Positions 41,942 to 51,710 of a stretch of DNA of 64,000 bases are shown one piece after another (position 1 is the stretch's first letter; each line of letters begins with the position of its first letter). The stretch is taken from assembly GCA_963735595.1 (NCBI GenBank), contig CAVTLK010000001.1, positions 320,001 through 384,000 on the forward strand, written 5' to 3'. The notes under the pieces are model-generated. The model worked only from the letters and a program-made list of their open reading frames with translations. It made no database searches and had not been told where the DNA came from. Made by a program: the position numbers and the translations under genes. This stretch comes from an uncultured delta proteobacterium. GTDB lineage: Bacteria > Desulfobacterota > Zymogenia > Zymogenales > Zymogenaceae.

Positions 41942-43819
41942 TTACGACGCTTCTTTATCGGTGATCTCAGAAAAGAGGGGAAACGATAGCGTCACCTTCG
42001 TTCCTTCTCCCTTTACCGCGGCAATATCCAAGAGTCCGCCATTATTCTTCATGATATCCTTACATATGAATAACCCGAGGGCGACACGTCCCTTTTCTCC
42101 CATGTAGTCGGGGTTCTTTACCTTATCGAGGATCTTCTTATCCATCCCTATGCCCTGATCGTTCACTATTACCTGAACCGTGTTTCCCCTTTTTTGAGTT
42201 ACAATTTTTACTGTGCCGCCCTTGCGCATCGCATCGTCGGCGTTATTTATCAGGTGTACCAGGGCCTGTCTGATCATCGCGGGATACACGAAAACATCGG
42301 GGAGTTTCTTGCTGAATGCCGTATTGAGGATAATATTGTTATCTCTTAGTCTGGACTCGACAATCGGTATAAGACCCTCGATAATGCTGTTAATATTAAC
42401 CAGTTGTCGTTCTTCCTTCTTTGACAAATAGAAAACCCGGGACTGTTCGATGAGATTTCGGGTTCCTTCGAGCTCTTCGATGGTCCTCTTGAGCAGGCCT
42501 GCCTTGGGCGGTTCATTGCCGAGCCTTTCTATAAAGATATCCAGGTTGTGTTTTACCTTGAGTATCCGCTTATTAAGCTCCCGGACAAGGGTGGCAGACA
42601 TCCTTCCCGACGCCGCAAAGGTTTCCCGGGATATCAATTCCCGCATGAGTGTTTTTCGTTGCGAAATATTGTGCGCGAAGATCGCCACACGGTCTACTTT
42701 CCCTTTCGTATCGAAAACGGGGTATATCGAGTTATCCAGGTATAATCCGGCCCGCTCGTCCTCGAAACGAACCGGCCGTTTTGTTCGGATTACCTCCTGG
42801 CAAGACTCCCTCCTGCTCCTGATGACATCTTCCGAAAATATCTCGAACGCATTTGCCCCGATCATATCCTCGGCGTTTATCCCGATTAGCTTGGCCGCCG
42901 ATTCGTTAATAGCTATAATCGTACCGTTCACATCGACCAGCAGCGCTATGTCGGTGGTTGCGTTCAGGAGCACTTGTGCGGTTCTTTCGCTCTCTATAAG
43001 CGCCCGTTCAGCCTGTCTGGTTTCGGTAATATCTTGGATCATCACGACGATATCGTGCGAGCTGGTTTTTGGCGCATCGATAACCAGTCCAATGATGATA
43101 AGCTCCCGCTCCGTTCCATTCTTGTTCCGGTGCGTAATCTGGGTGGAATGGGCGCCGTACTTCAGGACTTCTCCGAAAAACGAATGGAACTCCCCATCCG
43201 TATCGTCGCCGAGTATGGTTGAAAAGTCGGTCCCAATCAGTCCGCTTCGCTTAGTGCCCAGTATGATCTCGAAGGCGGGGTTTGCTGCCATGACTATCTT
43301 TCTCTCGTCCAGTATGGATATCCCGATGGGCACATAATCGATGATTTCTTCGTATCTTCTCCTGGTCTTCTCGATTTCGGACTGCTTTTCCCCAACCCGT
43401 TTCTTCAATAACTCGCCCAGTTTCTCCAGGTGCCTCTCTATCTTTACCCTGTCCGAGACATCCTTGAAATGGAAAACCGCGCTGTTGCTTGTCGTATCCG
43501 GAAATGGGTAGATCGTTAACTCGAAAACGTGATTGCCCGTACCATTGGCTCGTTCCATATACTTGCATTCAAACCAGTGCGGACTCCCACTTTCTCCTTT
43601 AAAATAGCAAAATTCGCAGGGAGCGTCTTTGCTCAATAGACGCCGGTAACAACGGTCATCAAGGACACTCTTAATATCGGTGCCGAGTATATCGGCCATA
43701 GCCATATTAAGGCGTTTTATGGACAGGGTCTTGTCGATGATACAGATGGGATCGGGAATGCTATCGAAAACAATCAGGAGTTCCTTCTGCGCATTGATGA
43801 CTTTTTCCGACAACGACAT
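41942..43819 (-). CDS. multi-PAS cytoplasmic sensor kinase-like protein lacking the H-box His
   Basis: Three PAS-like domains and a HATPase domain (HLINNADDA, DQGIG, GEGT). The H-box reads LVRELNKRI. Confidence 0.8.
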   Translation of the reverse strand: MSLSEKVINAQKELLIVFDSIPDPICIIDKTLSIKRLNMAMADILGTDIKSVLDDRCYRRLLSKDAPCEFCYFKGESGSPHWFECKYMERANGTGNHVFELTIYPFPDTTSNSAVFHFKDVSDRVKIERHLEKLGELLKKRVGEKQSEIEKTRRRYEEIIDYVPIGISILDERKIVMAANPAFEIILGTKRSGLIGTDFSTILGDDTDGEFHSFFGEVLKYGAHSTQITHRNKNGTERELIIIGLVIDAPKTSSHDIVVMIQDITETRQAERALIESERTAQVLLNATTDIALLVDVNGTIIAINESAAKLIGINAEDMIGANAFEIFSEDVIRSRRESCQEVIRTKRPVRFEDERAGLYLDNSIYPVFDTKGKVDRVAIFAHNISQRKTLMRELISRETFAASGRMSATLVRELNKRILKVKHNLDIFIERLGNEPPKAGLLKRTIEELEGTRNLIEQSRVFYLSKKEERQLVNINSIIEGLIPIVESRLRDNNIILNTAFSKKLPDVFVYPAMIRQALVHLINNADDAMRKGGTVKIVTQKRGNTVQVIVNDQGIGMDKKILDKVKNPDYMGEKGRVALGLFICKDIMKNNGGLLDIAAVKGEGTKVTLSFPLFSEITDKEAS

Positions 43820-44167
43820 GGCTGTAATGACCCCATTATTGGTATATGATCAATCGTACAAAATACCGGTGCGAACTAACAGGTGACCTTTTTGTATACT
43901 ACTATTCTTATCTTATATTCTGTGATATAGATCAAGTCCTATTAATTAAGGGCCTTTAGGACGGCGTATTACTCTAATTCAATTAGCACTTGATTCTCAG
44001 ATGTTATATGGTATCGGCCGCAATTAATGACTTCTATGAACCGGAGTGAAAATTCACCCGTCATATTCAATAACAGGCGGCTAACTCTTACGTTACTCTC
44101 CATTCAAGGTCATGACGCCGACGAGACATATCATGATCAGGATACCGGCGGTCAGGCGAACTCACTG

Positions 44168-45529
44168 TCATGTTCGTGTGAAATAATCCCAGATCTTCTT
44201 TATGGTCGAAAGCCCCACGCCGCGACCCCGAAACGGGCTTGCGAGGGCCGATAGTATCCGCTTCGGCGTAAAGTAGAAAGAGAAAAAGGCCCGCCTGAGC
44301 ATTCGTTGTATGTCCGCCGGCGAGAGATAATCCAGTTTCATGACCGAATGGAAGCAGTCGAACTTTTCCCAGTCCCGTTCGACTATTCGACTACGGTACT
44401 TATCGTAAATCGCCGTTCCCGGATAAGGAGTAAGAATTGAAAATTGTGCTCCACCAAGGCCGATGCGTTTTGAAACCCGGATCGTCTCTTTGATCATTTG
44501 ACGGGTTTCACCGGGCCATCCAATAATAAAGCTTCCCATCGTCTCTATCCCGTAATCTTTCAGCATTTTTATGGCCCGTACTGAGTCGGCGGATTTAATT
44601 GTTTTTCCGCAGTCCTCAAGGACCGAGTTATTGGCCGTTTCGATACCCATGAAGACATACCGGCAGCCCGATCGAGCCATATGCCGAACCATATCTTCGT
44701 TTTTTATGATAATATCTCCCCTGGAGAAGCACCACCAGAAGATATCGAGACGGCGGGATATAAGGCCTTCGGCGATGTCGATCACCCGCCTCGGATTCAT
44801 GGTAAAATTGTCATCCATGAAACAGACCGCCCCAAAATCGAAATCCTTCACGATCGATTCGATTTCGTCCAACACGCCGGCCGGAGATCGGCTCCTCCAC
44901 GTTGCGCCGGAGAAAACCGTAGATGAGCAAAAACCACAATTAAACGGACAACCGCGGCTGGTAACCATTGACGTTATGGCGCGCCCCCCAAGGCGGAGGC
45001 TCTTATATCGATTGATATTGAGCGCTTCCCTATCAGGATACGGGAGGGCGTCCAGGTTGTGTGGCGGCGGTCTATCGGGAGTATGGATTACCCGCCCCTC
45101 TCTCAAGAATGACACACCGTCGATCCCGGCGACATCTTCGCCAGTCGACAGGCAATGCAGGAGGTGTACGAAGGTCTCCTCGCCTTCTCCCCTGACGATA
45201 TAGTGCGCGTTTCCATCGGACAGGATATCATCCGCCACAAACGTTGCGTGGGGGCCACCCATAACAACGGTCGCACCCTCGTCTAATGCGGACCGCGCGA
45301 TCGACATGGCCCCGTTGTAGCGGGAGGTATCCAGCGATATTCCAACGACATCATAGTGACTGAGGTTCGGAAGGTTCTTTGCGTCATCCAGGTTCAGATC
45401 GCATACATCAACATCGTATCCCTCTCGTTTTGCGGCGGCTGCCAGATACCCGAGGCCAAGGGGCGGCAGGAGGAATCCCAGTTTATGAAATACGTCCCGC
45501 AGATATGGATAGACCAGTAGCAATTTCAC
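44168..45529 (-). CDS. cobalamin-dependent (B12-binding) radical SAM protein
   Basis: PPLGLGYLAA, MGGPHAT, VRGEGE, TSRGCPFNCGFC, MDDNF, FIIGWPGET, TPYPGT. Confidence 0.92.
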   Translation of the reverse strand: MKLLLVYPYLRDVFHKLGFLLPPLGLGYLAAAAKREGYDVDVCDLNLDDAKNLPNLSHYDVVGISLDTSRYNGAMSIARSALDEGATVVMGGPHATFVADDILSDGNAHYIVRGEGEETFVHLLHCLSTGEDVAGIDGVSFLREGRVIHTPDRPPPHNLDALPYPDREALNINRYKSLRLGGRAITSMVTSRGCPFNCGFCSSTVFSGATWRSRSPAGVLDEIESIVKDFDFGAVCFMDDNFTMNPRRVIDIAEGLISRRLDIFWWCFSRGDIIIKNEDMVRHMARSGCRYVFMGIETANNSVLEDCGKTIKSADSVRAIKMLKDYGIETMGSFIIGWPGETRQMIKETIRVSKRIGLGGAQFSILTPYPGTAIYDKYRSRIVERDWEKFDCFHSVMKLDYLSPADIQRMLRRAFFSFYFTPKRILSALASPFRGRGVGLSTIKKIWDYFTRT

Positions 45530-45604
45530 CGTCTATACACCCCTTGCCCGATGGACTTTCCCCGACAAAATACGCCTGGCGTGGATGAAGTCGTTTTGAG
45601 CATC

Positions 45605-48082
45605 TCACTTTTTGTCCCTGCCATCCGGCCGCCCTATCGCGATCAGAGAGGGAAGAAGGAAGATAGCCGTTACGAGACAAAGCGCCAAACCCATTACCGC
45701 CAGAATACCAATACTCTTGAGCCCGCTGTAACGCGAAAAAATGAGAGAACCGAAGCCTGCCAGTGATGTTAAGGTGGATATGACAACCGCCCGCCCCGTG
45801 AAAGACATTGCCCCGACAATCCCCTCCTCCGGATTTTCCCGATACCGGTGGTATAGGTGCGTATTGCTGTCTATCCCAAGCCCGATTACCATGGGGATGA
45901 CCACGATATTGGCGAAGTTCAGCGATATCCCGAACAGCCCCATACACCCCAGCATCCAGAGGATCCCAACACCCAGGGAGATGATACAGAACAACACCCC
46001 CTTGAGGCTCCTGAACTGTATGGAAAGGACGATAAGAACGCCCACTAAGGCCAGTATCGTCGCGACGGTAAAGTCCCTCGATATGATCTTTTTCAGCTGG
46101 CTTATTACCATCGTAATACTCGCCACCGATATTTCCGGGGATAGGCTCCTGATCTCTCCTACCAGGTCGCGGTCGATATCCTTTACCCATAGCCCTCCCT
46201 TAGGGTAGGCAAATATCGAGACGTACCAGGTATCACCGATTCTTGAGATATACTTCTTGACCATCTCTCCGGCAACCGAATCCGAGATACCTTCATAGGT
46301 TATCGGCTCGATTCGGCCGTCGGAAAAGCGTTCAAGCGAATCGATAAAGGGTTCAAACGGTTCCTGCCGAAATCCCACTTCTTCAAGGTCTTCGCGAAAG
46401 ACCTCTATTGTTTTATCCAGGCCAAGCGTCCGAGCGCGCTCGATATTTTCGCCCTGCTTTTTTGCCGACGGAAGGAAACTCCCCGGTCCTTCAACCGCTT
46501 CGATTTCGCTTCTTGCCGAGAGTATCGCCGTCGCCCGCTCCGATAGTATGAGCAGCTGCTCGAGATCAGTTCCCTGAGCGGTAACGATTATCTCGGGAGC
46601 GGGACTTGAGAATATGCTCGCTATCTTTGTCTGGACCTCAAGGGCCGGATTATCTTTTGGGCGCAGCTTGTTCGCGTCTACCTCGAATCCGACCCGAAAC
46701 GCGAAAATGATCGCGACGACCGTGACGGCCCCGGATGCCGCCAAGACAGCATATCTGCGCTTTACGACCCATGCCGCAAGCCTGCCGACACCGAAGGTCG
46801 GGACCTCAAGGTACTTAACGTTACCGCCTCTTATCTTCATATATCGTACGATTACCGACGGTAGAACCATAAAGTTTGACAAAAGCGTCAACAGGATACC
46901 GAATCCGCCGATTAGTCCCAGTTCCGAAAGACCGGTGAAACGCGTGAATACCATCGAAAAGAAGGCTATCGAGTTAGTCAGGGCCGCAGTCACGATCCCC
47001 TTTCCGGTTGTCATGAATGTCGTTTCGAGGGCCTTTTCGAGCCCTACTCCCTTAAAATTTTCTCCCAGAAATCCATTATAGAAATGGATCGAGTAATCAA
47101 TCCCGAGCCCGGCCAGAATCGCTCCGAATGCGGCCGTGACCATATTCAGATGGCCGAGCGTAAAACCGGCAAAACCGAGGGTCCAGAGTATTCCGAGATT
47201 GAGGCACGGGCCCACAAAAAAGAGAAACGAATACCTGCGAAAGACCAGGTAGAAGAGGATAAGTACCGAAACGAGCGCAATCATCAGTGTCCGCTGCAAA
47301 TCGCCCCGAATGGTCGACGCGTCCCCAAGTGCAATCGGATATCCACCGGTATACTCAACCGTTACGTCACTAAACTCAGAGTCGTGCCTAATTTCCCTCT
47401 CATATTCATCAAGCCGGGAAAAGAGCATTGAATCGAACTGGATGTCCTGCGGCGGCTTAACGGGGCGCGCCAGCATCAGGAGATGCTTTCCGTCTATTGA
47501 GAGGTAGTATCCTGAACCAGTATCGATCGAAAACCCTCCCTTTGTCGAGAATATCTCATCGTAGACAACCGAGAGGAAATCAAGGGGATCTGCTATAACG
47601 AACTCGGCGGTCGCGGAGGATATCGGAGTAAGCAGGAGGTTCTTATCGACCTTTAACGACTCTTTCATCGCACCCGGATCAAGTTTCCGCTCTATCCGCC
47701 CGAATGCCTCGTCGTCAAGATACAAAAAAATATTGGGTAGGTAGTGATGGAGAATGTATTGCTTGTCACGCTCGGTAATAGTATAACTGACTTCGGTGAC
47801 AAGTTCTGAACCGGATATTCTTTCGGCGAACTCGTCGGAAAAACTAATGAGGTCCTTTTTCTCGGGCGCGGATATGAGAATGACAAGGTAATCCAGCGTG
47901 CCCATTCGCTCCAGAGAATCCAAATAATCACTCACTGCCGGGTCATTCCGCGGAAGCATGAAGGCAACGTTGGAAACCATCGTGATCCTGGTCATGCCGA
48001 AGACTGCAAGTACTGTCAGAAGTACCGCCGCCAATAGGATGAGCAGATCGTGCCGATATATGAGGCGAGCCAATCTTTTCAT
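45605..48082 (-). CDS. MMPL/RND superfamily lipid exporter (HpnN-like)
   Basis: 825 aa with two membrane repeats, GLGIDYSIH and GLGIDSNTH, and two large loops. Confidence 0.9.
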   Translation of the reverse strand: MKRLARLIYRHDLLILLAAVLLTVLAVFGMTRITMVSNVAFMLPRNDPAVSDYLDSLERMGTLDYLVILISAPEKKDLISFSDEFAERISGSELVTEVSYTITERDKQYILHHYLPNIFLYLDDEAFGRIERKLDPGAMKESLKVDKNLLLTPISSATAEFVIADPLDFLSVVYDEIFSTKGGFSIDTGSGYYLSIDGKHLLMLARPVKPPQDIQFDSMLFSRLDEYEREIRHDSEFSDVTVEYTGGYPIALGDASTIRGDLQRTLMIALVSVLILFYLVFRRYSFLFFVGPCLNLGILWTLGFAGFTLGHLNMVTAAFGAILAGLGIDYSIHFYNGFLGENFKGVGLEKALETTFMTTGKGIVTAALTNSIAFFSMVFTRFTGLSELGLIGGFGILLTLLSNFMVLPSVIVRYMKIRGGNVKYLEVPTFGVGRLAAWVVKRRYAVLAASGAVTVVAIIFAFRVGFEVDANKLRPKDNPALEVQTKIASIFSSPAPEIIVTAQGTDLEQLLILSERATAILSARSEIEAVEGPGSFLPSAKKQGENIERARTLGLDKTIEVFREDLEEVGFRQEPFEPFIDSLERFSDGRIEPITYEGISDSVAGEMVKKYISRIGDTWYVSIFAYPKGGLWVKDIDRDLVGEIRSLSPEISVASITMVISQLKKIISRDFTVATILALVGVLIVLSIQFRSLKGVLFCIISLGVGILWMLGCMGLFGISLNFANIVVIPMVIGLGIDSNTHLYHRYRENPEEGIVGAMSFTGRAVVISTLTSLAGFGSLIFSRYSGLKSIGILAVMGLALCLVTAIFLLPSLIAIGRPDGRDKK

Positions 48083-48194
48083 GGGTGGGTACCCTTTGGG
48101 TAAGGAAGCGGGATACTCCGGGGACTCAGACTATACCTATCAGCGCGACCGCCGCCGTTTTGTTCTCCCCCGGTCCTATTTCGGTATTAGTTTT

Positions 48195-48222
48195 ATACTA
48201 ACCGAAAAAGGGGATTTGTCAA
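48195..48222 (-). promoter_or_regulatory. putative sigma70 promoter for the MMPL-radical SAM pair
   Basis: TTGACA, 16 nt spacer, TAGTAT. Confidence 0.5.
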
Positions 48223-48394
48223 CTCCAATTAGAGGTGACATCCAGTTGTCCGGCCATCCGTTAACGTATTATATGCTGCTTTACATGTCGTATCAAAACG
48301 GCGTGTTTTTCCGATAAAGAAGAAACAAAATCCTTGACCGCCAACGGCCTATGCGTCATAATCCTACCTTCGCGAATTCCTACATTAGGATACC

Positions 48395-48778
48395 ATGATA
48401 ACCCGTCGCTTAGGCCGATATCGCTATTTCAAGGTCTTAGCCGCACTCCCTATTCTGGTGCTGATGGCATCCGCCGGCGCTACATGGAGCGCCGAGAATC
48501 CCTGCTCCTATTCAGGCTATCTCTGGGGAACCGGCGCGCGATCCTCGTTTGAGGTTTACTCTGATTCCGAAGAGCTTAGCGTCTTTTTTACCTGGCCTTC
48601 AGGTACTTCGGATTTCCGCATAAGGGTCACCGATAATGACGGCGTAGAGGAGCTTTCAGACAGATCCCTCAGCGAGGGTGACCTCTTTACCCTCACCGGG
48701 CCGGGTATATTCCACTTCGAAATCTACTCCAAATGGGGGGGCGGCTGTTGGAAGGCTACCGTCAAAAAAATTAAATAA
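48395..48778 (+). CDS. secreted hypothetical beta-rich protein
   Basis: Signal peptide ending ATWS-A, two Cys. Upstream promoter TTGACC-17-CATAAT at 48334-48362. Confidence 0.65.
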   Translation: MITRRLGRYRYFKVLAALPILVLMASAGATWSAENPCSYSGYLWGTGARSSFEVYSDSEELSVFFTWPSGTSDFRIRVTDNDGVEELSDRSLSEGDLFTLTGPGIFHFEIYSKWGGGCWKATVKKIK

Positions 48779-48784
48779 AATATC

Positions 48785-48813
48785 TTGACATTTTATAGAA
48801 AAAGACATATATT
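48785..48813 (+). promoter_or_regulatory. sigma70 promoter of the rho operon
   Basis: TTGACA, 17 nt spacer, TATATT. Confidence 0.7.
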
Positions 48814-49002
48814 CACCGTAACCCCATAGTCAAACCACCAATTCCTCGCAGGTAGTACAAAAGGAACTATTTCCAAACAACGCACGTTCTAAATAGCACA
48901 CAATCGTTTGTAACAAAACAAGCTATTTTTTTATTTTAATCCCATACGATGTGCGATAACACATATCGCAACGAGTACCGCCACACATAAGGAAAAAGAC
49001 CC

Positions 49003-50298
49003 ATGGAAGAAAATGATATTGAGCTACCCGAAATCTCCCAGGATGTAATCATCAACCTTGTCGAGCTCAAGAGTAAAAAGATCAGTGAAATCCTCCATAT
49101 GGCACGGGATCTCAATATTGAGGGCGCCAGCACCATGACGCGCCAGGAGCTTATCTTTGCCCTCCTCCAGGCCCATACAGAGCAAAACGGCGTTATCTAC
49201 GGTGTAGGCGTCCTGGAAACGCTGCCCGACGGCTTCGGCTTCCTTCGCGCACCTGACTACAGCTACCTTCCCGGTCCTGATGATATCTACGTGTCTCCAT
49301 CACAGATCCGGAGGTTTTCTCTTAGAACCGGCGATACCATATCGGGCCAGATTCGTCCCCCGAAAGAGGGAGAGCGGTACTTCGCCCTTCTCAAGGTAGA
49401 ATCGGTAAACAATAGCCATCCGGATACATCCCGCGAGCGGATCATGTTTGATAACCTGACCCCGCTCTACCCGCAGGAAAAACTTAATCTCGAATACGAC
49501 AAGAAGAAATATTCCACCAGAATCATGGATCTCTTCACACCCGTCGGTAAGGGTCAGCGTGGCCTCATCGTCTCCCCTCCGAAGACCGGTAAGACCATGC
49601 TGCTTCAGGATATCGCCAACGCTATTACCTCAAACCACAAAGACATAACCCTTATCGTCCTCTTGATCGACGAGCGCCCCGAAGAGGTTACCGATATGGA
49701 ACGGTCGGTGGACGGCGAAGTGGTCAGCTCCACGTTCGATGAGCCGGCCTCCCGCCACGTCCAGGTCGCCGAGATGGTTATAGAAAAGGCCAAACGGCTT
49801 GTCGAGTATAAAAAGGACGTTATAATACTGCTTGACAGTATCACCAGGCTTGCCCGCGCCTACAACGCAGTCGTCCCACCGAGCGGCAAGATACTGTCCG
49901 GCGGTGTTGACTCTAATGCCCTTCATAAGCCCAAACGGTTTTTTGGAGCGGCCCGTAATATCGAAAACGGCGGAAGTCTCACCATCATAGCCACCGCCCT
50001 TATCGAAACCGGCAGCCGGATGGACGAGGTTATCTACGAGGAATTCAAGGGAACCGGCAATATGGAAATCCACCTCGACCGGCGTCTCTCGGATCGGCGG
50101 ATATTCCCGGCCATCGATCTTAACCGATCGAGCACCCGTAAGGAAGAGCTCCTCATGGATCAGGATGTGCTCAACCGCATCTGGATATTGAGAAAACTTC
50201 TGGCGCCCCTTACCTCCATCGACTCGATGGAATTCCTCATGGATAAGATCCAGGGGACCGAAACGAACGGCGATTTCCTCGCTAAGATGAATCAGTAG
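49003..50298 (+). CDS. rho: transcription termination factor Rho
   Basis: [54 protein letters not shown]. Confidence 0.98.
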   Translation: MEENDIELPEISQDVIINLVELKSKKISEILHMARDLNIEGASTMTRQELIFALLQAHTEQNGVIYGVGVLETLPDGFGFLRAPDYSYLPGPDDIYVSPSQIRRFSLRTGDTISGQIRPPKEGERYFALLKVESVNNSHPDTSRERIMFDNLTPLYPQEKLNLEYDKKKYSTRIMDLFTPVGKGQRGLIVSPPKTGKTMLLQDIANAITSNHKDITLIVLLIDERPEEVTDMERSVDGEVVSSTFDEPASRHVQVAEMVIEKAKRLVEYKKDVIILLDSITRLARAYNAVVPPSGKILSGGVDSNALHKPKRFFGAARNIENGGSLTIIATALIETGSRMDEVIYEEFKGTGNMEIHLDRRLSDRRIFPAIDLNRSSTRKEELLMDQDVLNRIWILRKLLAPLTSIDSMEFLMDKIQGTETNGDFLAKMNQ

Positions 50299-50383
50299 TA
50301 ATTGTACGGACGATGGGTTACCCCATCTACCGATCATAATAGCGTTACGTACGATAGCCCGCTACAAAGGAGCAAGGATTGCG

Positions 50384-50596
50384 ATGAAAAAAGATCTGCA
50401 CCCCGCGTATATTGAATCGGTAATTAAGTGCGCGTGCGGTAACGAGATCACGACCCGTTCAACACAAGACAAGATCGCGGTCGAAATATGTTCTCAATGC
50501 CACCCGTTCTTCACCGGCAAACAGAAGCTGGTAGACACCGCCGGCCGCGTAGAGAAATTCAAAAGGAAATACGCCAACGTCGCCAAGAAGTCATAG
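50384..50596 (+). CDS. rpmE: 50S ribosomal protein L31 (Zn-binding form)
   Basis: [27 protein letters not shown]. Confidence 0.97.
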   Translation: MKKDLHPAYIESVIKCACGNEITTRSTQDKIAVEICSQCHPFFTGKQKLVDTAGRVEKFKRKYANVAKKS

Positions 50597-50620
50597 GCTG
50601 TTCTACAAACAAGCCATTAC

Positions 50621-50654
50621 CTGCGGGCAGACTACGTTTGCCCGCAGAAGTTTT
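50621..50654 (+). terminator. hairpin after rpmE
   Basis: CTGCGGGCAG-actacgt-TTGCCCGCAG followed by AAGTTTT. Confidence 0.5.
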
Positions 50655-50744
50655 GCCGGAGGATACGGCTATCGCCTGACTCGGGGTGTTGGCCGTCTTC
50701 TTTCCGGTTTTTGGCACCTACTATATTTCCAAACGACTCAACCT

Positions 50745-51689
50745 ATGTATACAATAGAAAAACTGAAGGTCGGCGGGCAGGCCGTCATAGAAGGCGTTAT
50801 GATGCGCACCGAGAGCGCTTTAACGATCAGCGTGCGCAAAGCCGACGGAACCATCAAGACAAAAGAGGAGTATATCACCCCCCTTTCTCAACGGTACCCC
50901 CTTCTCAAGAAGCCGGTACTCCGGGGAGTTGTCGTCCTCTTTGAATCACTTGTGCACGGTATCTCGGCCCTCACCTTTTCGGCCAATGAGGCCGCCGAGG
51001 GGGAGGTTGAGGCGCCGATTTCTGCATGGGCTATGGCGTTGACAATCGTTGTTTCTCTCGCTCTCGGTATCGCCCTCTTTGTGGTTCTCCCGCACTTTTT
51101 GACTGTTCTGATCGGTGAAGGGATCTCGGTACCGATGGGAGTGAACACGATACTATTTCACCTCGTTGACGGAATTATAAAGGTAGCCGTCTTCCTCCTG
51201 TACATCGTCGGTATTTCTCTTATGCCCGATATTCGCCGCGTCTTTATGTACCACGGCGCCGAGCACAAGTCGATCTTTGCTTTTGAGGCGGGCGAGGAAC
51301 TGACGGTTAAAAACGCGCGTAAATACTCTACTCTTCATCCTCGCTGCGGAACCTCTTTTATTATCGCCGTGCTTCTCATCAGTATCTTCATATTCGCCGC
51401 TGTTTTCCCCTTCATGCCGGTGCTTCCCGGTATTCCCGGTTTTGTGCGCAATCTCGTATATGTTTTTATAAAGATCCCCCTGCTTCTGCCGATCGCCGGA
51501 ATCTCATACGAATTCATACGGCTGGCCGGTAACCGTACGGACAGCCGCGTAATTGCGGCCCTCTCCCTTCCCGGAATGTGGCTTCAAAAGATAACAACCC
51601 GTGAGCCCTCCGATGATCAGATTGAGGTAGCACTCGCGGCCCTTTCGCGATCAATCGAGCTATACCGAGAGAAAACCACGGCGACATAA
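50745..51689 (+). CDS. DUF1385 membrane protein
   Basis: VGGQAVIEGVMMR, YHGAEHK, HPRCGTSF, TTREP. Confidence 0.93.
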   Translation: MYTIEKLKVGGQAVIEGVMMRTESALTISVRKADGTIKTKEEYITPLSQRYPLLKKPVLRGVVVLFESLVHGISALTFSANEAAEGEVEAPISAWAMALTIVVSLALGIALFVVLPHFLTVLIGEGISVPMGVNTILFHLVDGIIKVAVFLLYIVGISLMPDIRRVFMYHGAEHKSIFAFEAGEELTVKNARKYSTLHPRCGTSFIIAVLLISIFIFAAVFPFMPVLPGIPGFVRNLVYVFIKIPLLLPIAGISYEFIRLAGNRTDSRVIAALSLPGMWLQKITTREPSDDQIEVALAALSRSIELYREKTTAT

Positions 51690-51710
51690 CGACGTGAGGT
51701 CAAGGACCAG

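Noticed and set aside
45483..46190. 235-aa minus-strand ORF bridging MMPL and the radical SAM gene
   Set aside because: It is an alternate frame inside the intact MMPL gene with non-protein-like composition.
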